64,000 bases of DNA from Longimicrobiales bacterium (GTDB lineage: Bacteria > Gemmatimonadota > Gemmatimonadetes > Longimicrobiales > Gaopeijiaceae): NCBI GenBank assembly GCA_965226375.1, contig CBDDCX010000007.1, positions 128,001 to 192,000 of the forward strand, written 5' to 3'. Both the position numbers and the translations under genes were made by a program. Positions 10,868 through 21,610 of the stretch are shown piece after piece; within the stretch, counting starts at the first letter, position 1, and each line of letters starts with the position of its first letter. Under the pieces are notes generated by a model, which worked only from the letters and a program-made list of their open reading frames with translations, did not search any database and was not told the DNA's origin.

Positions 10868-11752
10868 TCAGGTGGGATCGCAGCTGAAGCGGAAGGAATC
10901 GTCCAGGTCCTCGGGCAGGACGAGCGTGTGCAGGCCACGTCCGAGTGCCGACGCACACATCGCCTCCCGGGCCGACCCGTCCGCCACGTACTGCTGGAGA
11001 TACTCCGCGTTGAGCACGGGCTTGCCCTGGGCAATGAACGGTTCGAGGAGGCCGCACTCGTCGAATTCGTGGCACCGCTCGCTCACGTGCAGATCCACGT
11101 ATTCGAGAAGATCGGCGACCTGGCCCACGTCGTTCTTCATGGCCACCGCGAGCCCGCGGTTGTGGGCCTCGTTGTACAGCGTGCGGTTGAAGGCCAACTG
11201 GTCTGCGGCGGTGAGCGGGAATCCCGTAGCGTTCTCGAAGCCGTCCACATTGTCGGCCTCGACCCCGTCACATCCGCGCTGGACCGCCAGGTCCAGGCGT
11301 GCCTTCATGAGCGTCATCACCTCCGGAGATCGTACGTCCAACCAGCGTTCGTCCTCGAATCCCGAATACACTGAGCCGAGAGTAGACGCGGGGAATTGAC
11401 TGGCGTCGGGCCGAAAGTCCTCCCAGGAACCGGCCGAGAAGTAGCAAAGCAGGCGGCGTCCCGAAGCCTTCAGCGTAGCGATGACCGAGGCGGGCGTTTC
11501 GACGAGATCCAACTCGTACAACGCCACATCGTACCCGGTGTTCACGTCCCCCTGGAGCTGCCATTGCCAGGTCGTGGTCACGGACGGTCGGTACCAGGTA
11601 CCGCTCGTGACGGGGGGGATCGCGGGATCGGTCACCACTTCGGGTGGGGTGTCGGGATCGGTGTCGGTGGGGGGCTCGAAGGGATCACCCTCGCCACCGC
11701 CACAGGCGGTGCAGCACAGGAGAAGAAGGGTGAGGATAGGCTTTACGCCCAT
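10868..11752 (-). CDS. GH114 endo-alpha-1,4-polygalactosaminidase-like lipoprotein
   Basis: TWQWQL, CYFSAGSWEDFRPD, ERWLD, GCDGVEADNVD, KND, ERCHEFDEC, NAEY; lipobox-like CTAC. Confidence 0.85.
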   Translation of the reverse strand: MGVKPILTLLLLCCTACGGGEGDPFEPPTDTDPDTPPEVVTDPAIPPVTSGTWYRPSVTTTWQWQLQGDVNTGYDVALYELDLVETPASVIATLKASGRRLLCYFSAGSWEDFRPDASQFPASTLGSVYSGFEDERWLDVRSPEVMTLMKARLDLAVQRGCDGVEADNVDGFENATGFPLTAADQLAFNRTLYNEAHNRGLAVAMKNDVGQVADLLEYVDLHVSERCHEFDECGLLEPFIAQGKPVLNAEYLQQYVADGSAREAMCASALGRGLHTLVLPEDLDDSFRFSCDPT

Positions 11753-11798
11753 CCACGCGGTCACGACAGAATCTTCGATCCGGATGGATGAAGAACGG

Positions 11799-13379
11799 TC
11801 AACCACGAACGCCGTCTCCGCTCACCGCCTGTAGAAACGCCTCCCCATACCGCTCGAGCTTCAACGGGCCCACGCCCGAGAGGGCCAGGAACTCACCCGG
11901 ATTCGACGGCCGTGTTTCGGCCATGGCGCGAAGCGTCTTGTCGCTGAAGACGATGTAGGCCGGCACCCCCTGCCGGTCAGCGATCGACTTGCGCAGGTCC
12001 CGCAGCGATTGAAACAGGGCCTCCCCTTCATCGGAGAGCGGTCCGGGCTCCGCGACTCGATCGGGGGACATCCGTGACCGGCGGCTGGGGCGTTTGGTGG
12101 CGGCATGCATCCGGGTACCGGCCGCCATCATGCCCGCCGCCGCCAGATCCTCGGCCTTGATCCCCGTGCACCAATCACAGGACACGTCGCACGGCCCGAT
12201 CTCCTCACTGAGATGCATGAGGATCTTCTGATGACGGCATCCCCCGTTCTCCACCATGCGGAACAGCGACTTGGTCGCCTCGGCCTTCGCCCAGTAGAGA
12301 TCGGGGTCGTCGATGTCGCTGAGCAAGCGCTCCTGCTGCTTCACGTCGGCCCACGAGTAGAAGAGGAAGCAGTCACTCTCCAGACCGTCTCGACCGGCGC
12401 GGCCCATCTCTTGATACCAGGACTCCACATCCTTGGGCATGTCCCGGTGGATGACGAAGCGCACGTTCGACTTGTCGATCCCCATGCCGAAGGCGATGGT
12501 CGCGACGATCACGTCGGCGTCGTCCTTGGCGAACGCATCCTGGTTGGCTGCTCGCTCCTCCGCCTCCATACCGGCGTGGTACGGCAACGCCCGCACGCCC
12601 AGATCGCAGAGGAAGTCGGTCATCTGATCGACCGCCTTACGCGAGGCGCAATACAGGATGCCGCTCTGGCCCTGATGCGCCTTGATCAGCCCCGCGATCT
12701 CCTGCCGGGTGGGCCCGGTACCCTTCTTTCTGCAGTAGATGTTCAGGTTGGGTCGGAAGAACGAGCCCTTGAAGCCGGCGGGCTTGGTCATCTCGAGTTG
12801 TCTGATGATGTCGCGGGCTACGGCGTTCGTGGCGGTGGCGGTGAGCGCGAGCACGGGTATATCGGGCAACGCCGTCCGGAGCCGCTGCAATCGTCGGTAT
12901 GACGGCCGGAAGTCGTGTCCCCACTGGCTGATGCAGTGGGCCTCGTCCACCACGAGAAGCGAGAGCGGCCAATCCCCCGCTTCGCGGCTCAGCCGGCCGT
13001 CGAGCCCCTCGGGGGCCAGATAGACGAGCTCGTACTGTCCGGCCCGAAGCGCCTCGAGCCTCCGCTCGCGCTCGTCCGGTTCCAGCGACGAGTTGATCGC
13101 CGCCGCGCAAAACCCCAGATCGACCAAGGCATCGACCTGGTCCTTCATCAGGGAAATGAGCGGAGACACCACGAGTACAGTGCCGTCCATCATGCGGGCA
13201 GGCACCTGAAACGTGAGGGATTTGCCGGCGCCTGTAGGCATGAGAGCGATGCAGTCGCGACCCGCCATCACCGCTTCGATGACCTTCAGTTGGCCAGGGC
13301 GAAAGTCCTCGTACCCGAACACGTCGCGGAGCACGTCGAGGGGTGTGGCGGTTGATTCGGCGGCGGTCGGGGATTCCAT
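11799..13379 (-). CDS. recQ: RecQ family DNA helicase with Zn-binding and HRDC domains
   Basis: [60 protein letters not shown]. Confidence 0.93.
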   Translation of the reverse strand: MESPTAAESTATPLDVLRDVFGYEDFRPGQLKVIEAVMAGRDCIALMPTGAGKSLTFQVPARMMDGTVLVVSPLISLMKDQVDALVDLGFCAAAINSSLEPDERERRLEALRAGQYELVYLAPEGLDGRLSREAGDWPLSLLVVDEAHCISQWGHDFRPSYRRLQRLRTALPDIPVLALTATATNAVARDIIRQLEMTKPAGFKGSFFRPNLNIYCRKKGTGPTRQEIAGLIKAHQGQSGILYCASRKAVDQMTDFLCDLGVRALPYHAGMEAEERAANQDAFAKDDADVIVATIAFGMGIDKSNVRFVIHRDMPKDVESWYQEMGRAGRDGLESDCFLFYSWADVKQQERLLSDIDDPDLYWAKAEATKSLFRMVENGGCRHQKILMHLSEEIGPCDVSCDWCTGIKAEDLAAAGMMAAGTRMHAATKRPSRRSRMSPDRVAEPGPLSDEGEALFQSLRDLRKSIADRQGVPAYIVFSDKTLRAMAETRPSNPGEFLALSGVGPLKLERYGEAFLQAVSGDGVRG

Positions 13380-13440
13380 GCCCCAAGGTACTCGAATGCA
13401 TGGGGCGGGGTGAGGGGTGGTTGGGTCGTCCGACCGGTCT

Positions 13441-14121
13441 CTATCTACCCGGTTTCCGCGCGACCCAGATCACATGCCGGGAGCCCTTCCCGCGGTGCGC
13501 CCGCACCGGAACCTCCTCCGCCTCGAACCCGACTTTGCACAGGCGTTTGGTGAAGGCTTTGTCCGATCCGGCCGACCAGACCGTGAGCACACCCTTGGGT
13601 CGGAGTGCCTCAAAGGTCGCGTGCAGCCCGGCCCCCGAATAGAGCCAGTCATTGTCGCCCTTGGTGAGTCCCTCGGGACCGTTATCGACATCCAACATGA
13701 TGGCATCCCAGGACGCGGGTTCGTCCCTCAGCAAGAGGGAGACGTCGACCTCCCGCACGGTGACCCGTTCATCACGTAGGGGATGACCCGCGTGTTCTCC
13801 GGGCGGACCTCGATTCCATTCGACCACGGCGGGCACCAACTCGGCAACCACCACCTCGGCGTCGGGCCCGAGATGGTGCAGCGCCGAAGCCAGCGTGAAA
13901 CCCATGCCCAGCCCGCCGATCAGCACCCGGGCCCGGTCGCGATCCGCGACCTCGGCGCACGCGATCTCGGCCAGCGCGTCGGCGGACCCGTGCGTTCGGG
14001 TGCTCATCAAGTCCTGTCCGCCGGCGACCTTGATGATGAAGTCGTCGCCCAGTTGGTAGAGGCCTATCTCCCCACCGTCGCCCGGAACTTGGGCGGTATC
14101 GAGCAGTGTCAGCCGTTTCAT
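13441..14121 (-). CDS. Spermidine-synthase-like SAM-dependent methyltransferase
   Basis: [37 protein letters not shown]. Confidence 0.85.
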   Translation of the reverse strand: MKRLTLLDTAQVPGDGGEIGLYQLGDDFIIKVAGGQDLMSTRTHGSADALAEIACAEVADRDRARVLIGGLGMGFTLASALHHLGPDAEVVVAELVPAVVEWNRGPPGEHAGHPLRDERVTVREVDVSLLLRDEPASWDAIMLDVDNGPEGLTKGDNDWLYSGAGLHATFEALRPKGVLTVWSAGSDKAFTKRLCKVGFEAEEVPVRAHRGKGSRHVIWVARKPGR

Positions 14122-14323
14122 GTCATGAGTCCCCAGGAATCCCGATTCTCCGCAGGACACTAGTCTGCCGGCTCCGCTCCTGGCTGCCAAGAGGGGTCTG
14201 GCGCCTGGGAGTCGAACATCCTCAGCAAGCTTCGACGCGGTGTCATTGCGTGAGCCTGGGGGTCTACCCCAATTGAGTCGTGGGCCTGTTTGCTGGGGCT
14301 GACCCGACGCAAGGGAAGACACC

Positions 14324-15349
14324 ATGACACCAGGGCACATCAAAGCCGGAGTCTCTCGGTTCGCCCGACCGGGTCTGCCGTCGGCGATCGGTGCCGTCGT
14401 CCTCCTCGTGGTCGCTTCCTGTGAGCCGACCGAGGATCCTGCCGCTGGAACCTCGGACAGCTACCAGTTCGCCCTGGTCGGCGACATGCCCTACTACGCC
14501 TCGCCCAGTGCACCCCTCCCTCCCGAGTTCGTGGCCACCCAATACGCCGCGGTCCTGCAGGAAATCGATGCAGCCGACGTGGATTTCGTGGTTCACGTAG
14601 GCGATCTCAACAGTTCTCTGGTGTGCGCGGATTCGGTCTATACCGCGCGCTTTGCCGAGTTCGAGGCCATCCGACATCCAGTCTTCTTGACGTTCGGCGA
14701 CAACGAGTGGCTCGAGTGCGACAATGCGGGCCTGGATCCCATCAAGCAGCTCGAGACGCTCCGAGAGGTGTTCACCCAGGGAGACCAATCCCTCGGCGGG
14801 CGCAAGCTGCCGTTGGAGCGGCAGAGCGGGAGTCCCGGCTTTGAGAAATTCCGCGAGAACGTCCGCTGGCGGTTCGGCGAGGACCTGTACGTCACGCTCC
14901 ACGTGCCGGGCGGTGGCAATAATATGGGGTCCGAGGACGATCCCAGGGCTGAATTCGTCGAGCGAAATGGGGCGGTCATCACCTGGATGCGCCAGTCGTT
15001 CGAGTTGGCTCGAGAGGAGGGGCTCCAGGGTGTTGTCATCGTCATGCATGCCAACCCTGGATGGGACCGCTTCAGGAGGGGTGACCCTCGGCCGGCATAT
15101 TCGGACTTCCTCCAGGCTCTGCGAGAGGAGAGCGGAGCCTTCGACGGGCCCGTGCTCCTGCTCCACGGTGATTCGCACACCTTCACGGTCGACAAGCCGT
15201 TCCGAAACAGCAGCACGGGCGAGATGGTCACGAACCTCACTCGCGTGGAGACCTTTGGTCATCCTTTCATGCACTGGGTGCTGATCACCGTTGCTGCCGA
15301 AGATGTGGACCGGTTCAGCGTGCAACCTATGATTGTCGAGCCGCGTTGA
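14324..15349 (+). CDS. Calcineurin-like metallophosphoesterase, lipoprotein
   Basis: GDMPY, HVGD, GDNEW, HGDSH; lipobox VASC. Confidence 0.8.
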   Translation: MTPGHIKAGVSRFARPGLPSAIGAVVLLVVASCEPTEDPAAGTSDSYQFALVGDMPYYASPSAPLPPEFVATQYAAVLQEIDAADVDFVVHVGDLNSSLVCADSVYTARFAEFEAIRHPVFLTFGDNEWLECDNAGLDPIKQLETLREVFTQGDQSLGGRKLPLERQSGSPGFEKFRENVRWRFGEDLYVTLHVPGGGNNMGSEDDPRAEFVERNGAVITWMRQSFELAREEGLQGVVIVMHANPGWDRFRRGDPRPAYSDFLQALREESGAFDGPVLLLHGDSHTFTVDKPFRNSSTGEMVTNLTRVETFGHPFMHWVLITVAAEDVDRFSVQPMIVEPR

Positions 15350-17477
15350 GGACACGGTTTCTCGTTTCGCCCCTCACATTCCCAGCCAGTAGTTCACCTT
15401 GATCATCCAGCGATCATCGGATGGCGCATGGAGTAGCTCGTCCAGGTCTCGGCCGAAGTCGAAGTCTCCTGTCGCGACTCGGCTGGCCTGACGTCGCTGC
15501 CAGACCAGGAATACCGTGGAGCCGGGCCGGTACTCCCAACGAAGCACGGCGTTGCCCACGACCGAGCGGACGTTGAAGTCTCGGTCATCCAGGGCATAGT
15601 CGGCGACACCGTCGCCATTGAAGTCAATGTGCTGTCGTACGTTCCCGTCCGCTTCGATCTCCGAGCAGATCCGGCCGCCCGTGCACGACTCCAAGTCTCC
15701 GTTCATGCTGAACGAGCCCGGCTCGAAGACGTCGAAATCGAAGGTGCGGGCCGCCAGGAGCTGCTTGTAGGAGACGTAGTCTCCAGATGAGAGAAGTGGC
15801 TGAGCGAACAGCTGGAACGACAGGCTGGGAGAGAAGGTCCAGTTGACCCTCGCCTCCATGGAGACGGTGTGCCGCTCCAACTCACCGAAGAGATATCGGC
15901 GTCCAAAGGTCGACTCGAAGGGAAGCGTCGACGTGGAGGTCACATATTGATCCCCTACGGTTTGCCAGCTGACACGAGGCTGCAGCGAGATCTCCAGGCG
16001 ATCCGAGGGCCGGAGGCCCACAGTCCCGTTCAGGCTGAGCTCGTCCCAGAACCATCGAACCCTCTGCGGGCATTGAAGCCTGCCCTCAGGCTGAGTGCCT
16101 TCCGCCGATCGGAGTTGATGTTTCCGCGAATGCTCCAGCTGCCCGGGTCACGCATGGCCGGACCGCCCCGCGTGAGGCCGAAGTTGTAGTGGTCGGGGCT
16201 GTAGGAGACGTTGATGTCGCCACCCCATTCATTGAGCAGCGTCGTCCGGACGTTGAGGTTAGTCGTAGCTGCCTTACGGGCGTTCTCCCATGAGGCCCAC
16301 GATCCTGCGTCGTCCAGGGCCTCATGGGCCCAGTTGGCGAACGTCCACAGGTTGACGTTGAAGCTCTTGTACCAGGAGCTGGGTTGGATCTCGCGGTAGC
16401 TGACGAAGGCTCCGGCGTCGAGCTTCTCCGTGGATCGGCTGAAGCCCAGATCGTTGATCTCGAAGCCGGGGGTGGACTCGCTGAGCCACACGCTTCCTGT
16501 CCAGTGTTCTCCGTTCTGACGTGACAGTTGGAGACGCCAATGGGCTCCCGTGATGGATGTGGCCGTCGAATCGACGCTGAAGCGTGTCGCGTCGGGGCGC
16601 TGGAAATAATGGTTGCTGGACCGCTGGATGCGCGTGATGGCGACCGAGTCGCCTCGAACGTGTCCGGTGGAGAAGAGGCCGTTGAGGGACCAATCCCGGT
16701 CGTTCCACTGATGCTCGAAGCGGATTCCGGTGCTGAAGGCCTGCGATGACAGGAAGTCCGATGTTCCGTCGCCCGGGAGATTTCGGTACAACGCAGTCAC
16801 GATACCTCCCACCTGTGACGCTCCACCGTTGAAGTCTTGCTGGAGCTTCACGACACCGAATTGGGTTCTGGGCTCCACCGTGAAACTCTCGAGGCGCTCG
16901 TCCTCGGCGTAGTAGGCTTCCCCGTACTCTTGGTCCACGACAGCGGCGAGAACCCCGAGGGAGAGGCCCGACTTCGTCCGGCCCGTGAGTTTGGCTGCCC
17001 CGAGGATGGTGGCATCGCTCGGAGCGTTCGAGAAATCCGCTCCAGAAGGTGCACTCCCCTGAGGTGCCCGCCCCACCCGCCGAGAGTAGAAGAGCTCGTC
17101 TCCCCGGCCGGTCGAGGACAGCGAGAAGCCGAACACCTGGGCGTCCTCCACGAAGAAAGGCCGGTGTTCCTCGAAACGGGTCTCGAACGCAGACAGGTTG
17201 ATGACCGCGGGGTCCGCCTCCACCTGACCGAAGTCAGGGTTGATGGTGGCGTCGAGAGTGAACGCGGGACCGAGACCGAAGCGCAGGTCACCTCCGACCC
17301 TGGCGGCCGACTCCGAGCCGTCGAAGAAGGGATTGCCCGGTTCGGTGGGCCCACGGTGCACACTCCTGAGCACGTAAGGCCGCAACTCGATCCCCCGGGA
17401 CGGCCGCGGGACCTTCACGTTCTCGAGCGTGCCTGAACAGCGCACCTGATGGTTAACACAAGTGTGCCAGCTGATGG

Positions 17478-19063
17478 TTAACAGATTGGGTTACGTCCTG
17501 TGTTACCGTGGGTGTCGAAAATGACGAAGAGTTCTTCGTCAAACCACCCGAGGGTAGTGGGACCGAAGTAGACCTGCCACAGAGCGGGGCCGATGGGTTC
17601 GAGCCCGATGAACTCGTTGCCCAGAGCCGAACTGATGTTGATCCAACGCGAGTGCCAGCGGATGGCTCCGTTTGTAGAGACCTTACGGACCTCGAAGTGC
17701 TCAGGGTACTCGATGGGCGGAAGGACGTCGGGGTAGGCTCTAAGAGCCGATCGGTAGACGGAATGGGGAGTAGCGTCGTCGAGCGCCTCGTGGGGGCGGA
17801 TGTGATTGAATGTGTGGCGGAAGTCGTTGAAGTGGCGCTGCTGGGCACTGAGGTTGGCCTTGGGCGGGCGAGTGGCTTCACGCTTGAGGGTCCTGTGCAT
17901 GCGTTCGTGTCGGCCGTTCTGCTGCGGCTTACCCGGCTCGATGGTCTCAGGACGGATACCGAGGCGGATCCACCAGGCACTCAGGCGTGTGAGGCGAGCG
18001 AGGCCGATGGAAGCGAAGGGCGTACCATTGTCGGAGCGGATGACGGCGGGCAGACCGAACTCGCGGAAAGTCCTGATGAACACAGGCTTGGCGAGCTCGA
18101 TCGACGTGGAATACAGCCCTGTGCACTCGAGCAGGAACCGGCTGAAGCCGTCCTGGATCGTGAGGGGGTAGCAGTAGCGACCGTTGCGCATCTTGAACTG
18201 CCCTTTGAAGTCGACGGTCCAGACCGCATTGGGCTCATCCATCGCAGTGAGCGGCTTGCCGGGGTGGCCCGGTTTGCCGGAGCGTCTGCGCTTCTTCGTG
18301 ATCAGGTCGTGACGCTCGAAGATGCGATCGATCGTCCTGCGAATTCTTTGCTGGGGCCGAGCCAAACTTCTCAGCTGTGAGTTTACGGATCTTGCGTGAT
18401 CCCCATCCGTAGCGCTGACGCAGGTCGACGACGTGTTCGACGATCGGCTCCTCCACGAGGGTTGCGGAGCAGTGATGGGGAGCACGGAGTGCCGCGGATG
18501 GCTCGTTTGAAGTCCCTCGAATCCCTCTGCGCGGAACGATCGACAGAACGTCTTGGCTTCCTGACCAGGAAACGAGGGATCCCGCGGTCCTGCGGGATGT
18601 GATCCGAATCAACGAGCGGGTCACGCCGAGGTCAGCGAGAACGGCTCTGCGAGTTCTCCCGGCTTCCAGCCCACGACGTAGCGGCTGTAGATGTCCATGA
18701 TGACGTAGAGGTAGTAATAGCTCCACTTCTTCGGCCCGAGCAGCCGCGTGATATCCCAGGACCACACCTGCGCGTGGCCATCAACTCGGGCTTCTTGCGA
18801 TGGGTGCGCTGCGCCCGGCGTTCCTTCGGAGGCCAGAACACGATACATCGTGCGTTCGCTGCACAGGTAGTGTCGAGCAGCGTGGCCACCACCTCGGCGG
18901 GTGAGCGGTCCACGAACCTGCTGCGGCTGATGCCCGGGCGGGGTCGGCGCGATCGCTCGCCTCCACCAGGACTGATACCGTAGGCGAAACTGAACGTCCG
19001 TTGTTGCACTTCGAGGATGAAGCGTACTCTTTGCTCGTACATGGTCGACCGGTTCCAGTCCAT
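17478..19063 (-). pseudogene. IS481-type DDE transposase, interrupted and frameshifted
   Basis: Start MDWNRSTMYEQRVRFI at 19063 with AGGAG RBS; HTH segment (RQRYGWGSRKI) is out of frame with the core at about 18345. Confidence 0.8.
18620..18982 (-). mobile_element. Nested, heavily deleted IS3-family transposase remnant
   Basis: YLCSERTMYRVL, KPELMAT, QVWSWDITRLLGPKKWSYYYLYVIMDIYSRYVVGW and LADLGVTRS spread over shifting frames. Confidence 0.75.
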
Positions 19064-19941
19064 CGGGCTCTCCTTGTTGCAGAACCCTGGTTGATAGGAA
19101 CCTGTCAACCATCAGTGTAGGCCATTGTGTAAAGGATCAGGGTAGGCTGTACCACCGAACTGGCTCACAAAGCCTTCCCGCACCCGCGACCGGAGCGAGA
19201 AATAGCTCGTCTCGTTCGTCGACATCCTCTTCCTCGCGAAGTTGCTGCCCCAGGTCTGCGGATCGTCCGTGGACTCGTATCGGATCTGAGAGAGCGGAAT
19301 CCGGATCTCCGCCGTCCATCCGCGCTCGTCGAGCTGAACGGCCGATTCCCATACTGCGTTCCAGGCTCGGTCGAGCCGCTGGTCGTTGTAGTAGTACTGG
19401 TCGACCTGCACGTTGGAGGCGTTGACGCGGAAGTAGTAGCCGGTCCGACGGTCCAGATTGGGGTCGATGGAGACAGAGATGTAATCGTACTGCCCCTCCT
19501 GATCGCGGCGTACGAGCTGTCGGACGATCGACGAGGGATCGGATTCGTGCATGCGGGCGGCGATGTAGAGGGCGTCATCGCCGATGATCACGCTCAGCTC
19601 GGTATCCTCTTCGGCGGGAATACCCTCTACGGGACTACCTTGGATGAAGCCTGAGGCGACCTCTGCCCGTGCCCAGGCCTCTTCGTCGAGACGCCCGTCC
19701 ACCGAGATCTTCCCGACCAGCGCTCCCGCCTCCATCGATGGCCGCACCAGGGTGCCACCGGTAATCGCGCCGACGCCGTTCTGTTTGATGTCTTGACCAG
19801 ACAGGCCAGGGAGCAGGGTCACCAAGGCAGCCAGGGTGAGCCCGGATATGCTTCCCAAGCCTGTGAGCCACGACGGAGAGTGTTTGGTCACCGCACTCCA
19901 GCATGACGTGGAGGCGTGGTTTGCGGGTGAAATGGGGAAAG

Positions 19942-21004
19942 GGGGTATTCCCTTAAGTCCACCGACCCCAAGATATAGTGGTTACCGGGGCTCTGCGGGC
20001 CGTTTCCCACGTCCGGTGCCGAGGTAAAGGGCCGAAGCTGGCGTGGGAGCACACTGAACAGCCTGCTCAAGCAAGCGGTAGAACAACAGGCCGCGAGCCC
20101 GGGATGTGCGTCGGTTGAAGCGAAAGGTGAACTCGTCCAGATAGTAGGGGAGGTGTTCGCGGGCGATCCCTCCTTGGAGGGTTCCGAGGACCCAGCGCTT
20201 GAGGAGAGACGCCACCCGATGTACGGCCGACATGAGCACGTGAGCGGGATCGCCGGAGGTCGAGAGGTTCGTGACCGTGTGGCGAAAGCCCAGTTTGGCG
20301 AGTCCCTGATAGCTTGGCCATCCGTCGGTATGCACCGTGCTTGCCGGTGCGATGCTATCCTTGACGAAGCCTCGCAGAACCGGAGCGGAGAGGTCGGGCA
20401 CCCAACGCAGCCGTATTCTCCCGATCTTGCGTCCGTCGACCTCGGCGGCGATCGCGACGATGGCCTTCTTGATCGTCTCGCGGCCCCGCACTCCAGCCTC
20501 CACGCCCCCGACATAGCTCTCGTCCACTTGCACAACGCCGCTCAGCTGGTCGCGATCCGGTCGGACCATGGCCCGGCGGAGCTTGTGGAGCCAGACCCAC
20601 GCTGTCTTGTAGCTTCCCAGTCCGAGCACGCGCTGGAGCCCGAGAGCATTGGCTCCGTATTTCTGGCTCGTGAGCTCCCAGGCAGCGAGAAACCACAGAC
20701 GCAGGGGCGAGCGCGTGCGGTGGAACACGGTTCCCGCCAGCACCGAGGTCTGCCTTCGACAGTGTGGGCAGACGAGACGCCCCCGCGATGCTCGCCAGAC
20801 CTCTCCCAACCCGCCACAGCCCACGCACACAAACCCTTCCGGCCAGCGCAGACCCTCCACGTACTCCAGGCATGCCGCATCGTCGGGGAAGAACTCGTCC
20901 AGCTCCAGCCGCGTACGGGGATAGTCCACGCCGCCACGGAGCTGAGAAGCCGGAACCGCCATGACCACAACATGTAGTGGGCGGTGGACTTAAGGCAATA
21001 CCCC
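19942..21004 (-). mobile_element. IS1595-family insertion sequence
   Basis: 23-bp TIRs GGGGTATT(C/G)CCTTAAGTCCACCG with 1 mismatch; no target duplication visible. Confidence 0.92.
19982..20968 (-). CDS. IS1595-family (ISXO2-like) transposase
   Basis: Zn ribbon CVGC..CPHC, VQVDESY, HTDGWPSY, YLDEFTFRFNRR. Confidence 0.93.
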   Translation of the reverse strand: MVMAVPASQLRGGVDYPRTRLELDEFFPDDAACLEYVEGLRWPEGFVCVGCGGLGEVWRASRGRLVCPHCRRQTSVLAGTVFHRTRSPLRLWFLAAWELTSQKYGANALGLQRVLGLGSYKTAWVWLHKLRRAMVRPDRDQLSGVVQVDESYVGGVEAGVRGRETIKKAIVAIAAEVDGRKIGRIRLRWVPDLSAPVLRGFVKDSIAPASTVHTDGWPSYQGLAKLGFRHTVTNLSTSGDPAHVLMSAVHRVASLLKRWVLGTLQGGIAREHLPYYLDEFTFRFNRRTSRARGLLFYRLLEQAVQCAPTPASALYLGTGRGKRPAEPR

Positions 21005-21016
21005 ATACAACTCATT

Positions 21017-21610
21017 CTACTGAATGAGGTAGATGAGGGTGAAGATCACGATCCAGACGATATCCACGAAGTGCCAGTAGAGGCCGGCGATCTCGACCTG
21101 CAGGGCCTTTGCCGGCGGCAGCTTGTTCTGGAGGGACCGAATGAAGAGGGTGGTCAACCAGATGACACCCACAGTGACGTGCGCACCGTGAAAGCCTGTG
21201 AGCACAAAGAACGACGAACCAAATACGTTCTGTTGGATCGTAAGACCTTCGTGCACGAAATGCATGAACTCGTAGACCTGGAAGCCCAGGAATATGGCGC
21301 CCAGCACGATCACTCCGGCCAGCCAAGCGAGCGTGCCCCGCTTGTTGCCCCGCCGCACGGCGTCCAGCGCCAATACCATGGAGGTAGAACTCATGAGCAG
21401 TACGAACGTGCTGATGCTCGTGAGCGGGATGTTGAGGATCTCTTCAGGGTATGGGCCGCTCACGCTGGCGCCCTTGTACACCATGTAGGTGGTGATCAGC
21501 GTCCCGAAGAACAGGCACTCCGACCCCATGAACGCCCAGAAGCCGATCTTCCAGCTGCTCAGACCCGTAGAGGTATAGTGGTGCTCCTGCACGGTAGCCG
21601 CCTCAGCCAT
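21017..21610 (-). CDS. ctaE: Cytochrome c oxidase subunit III
   Basis: GSECLFF, TGFHGAHV, YWHFVDIVW. Confidence 0.95.
   Translation of the reverse strand: MAEAATVQEHHYTSTGLSSWKIGFWAFMGSECLFFGTLITTYMVYKGASVSGPYPEEILNIPLTSISTFVLLMSSTSMVLALDAVRRGNKRGTLAWLAGVIVLGAIFLGFQVYEFMHFVHEGLTIQQNVFGSSFFVLTGFHGAHVTVGVIWLTTLFIRSLQNKLPPAKALQVEIAGLYWHFVDIVWIVIFTLIYLIQ

Larger units (their letters stand above)
17434..19154 (-). mobile_element. Decayed IS481-family insertion sequence (about 1.7 kb)
   Basis: Imperfect TIRs of about 50 bp (TGAACAGC..CTGAT..ACACAA..CTGATGGTTAACA versus reverse complement TGGTACAGC..CTGAT..ACACAA..CTGATGGTTGACA); CC on both flanks; integrase core with WTVDFKG, SDNG, RHERMHRTLK. 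Confidence 0.85.
15374..19891 (-). pseudogene. DUF5916 / CBM9-like outer-membrane protein, split by an IS (17434-19154) and a 1-nt frameshift at about 16046
   Basis: N-part 19155-19891 (DGRLDE..W, WNAVWES, WTAEIRIPLSQIRY); mid-part NPDFGQVEADPAVINL, LFYSRRVG; C-part NAVLRWEYRPGST...KVNYW. Confidence 0.9.
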
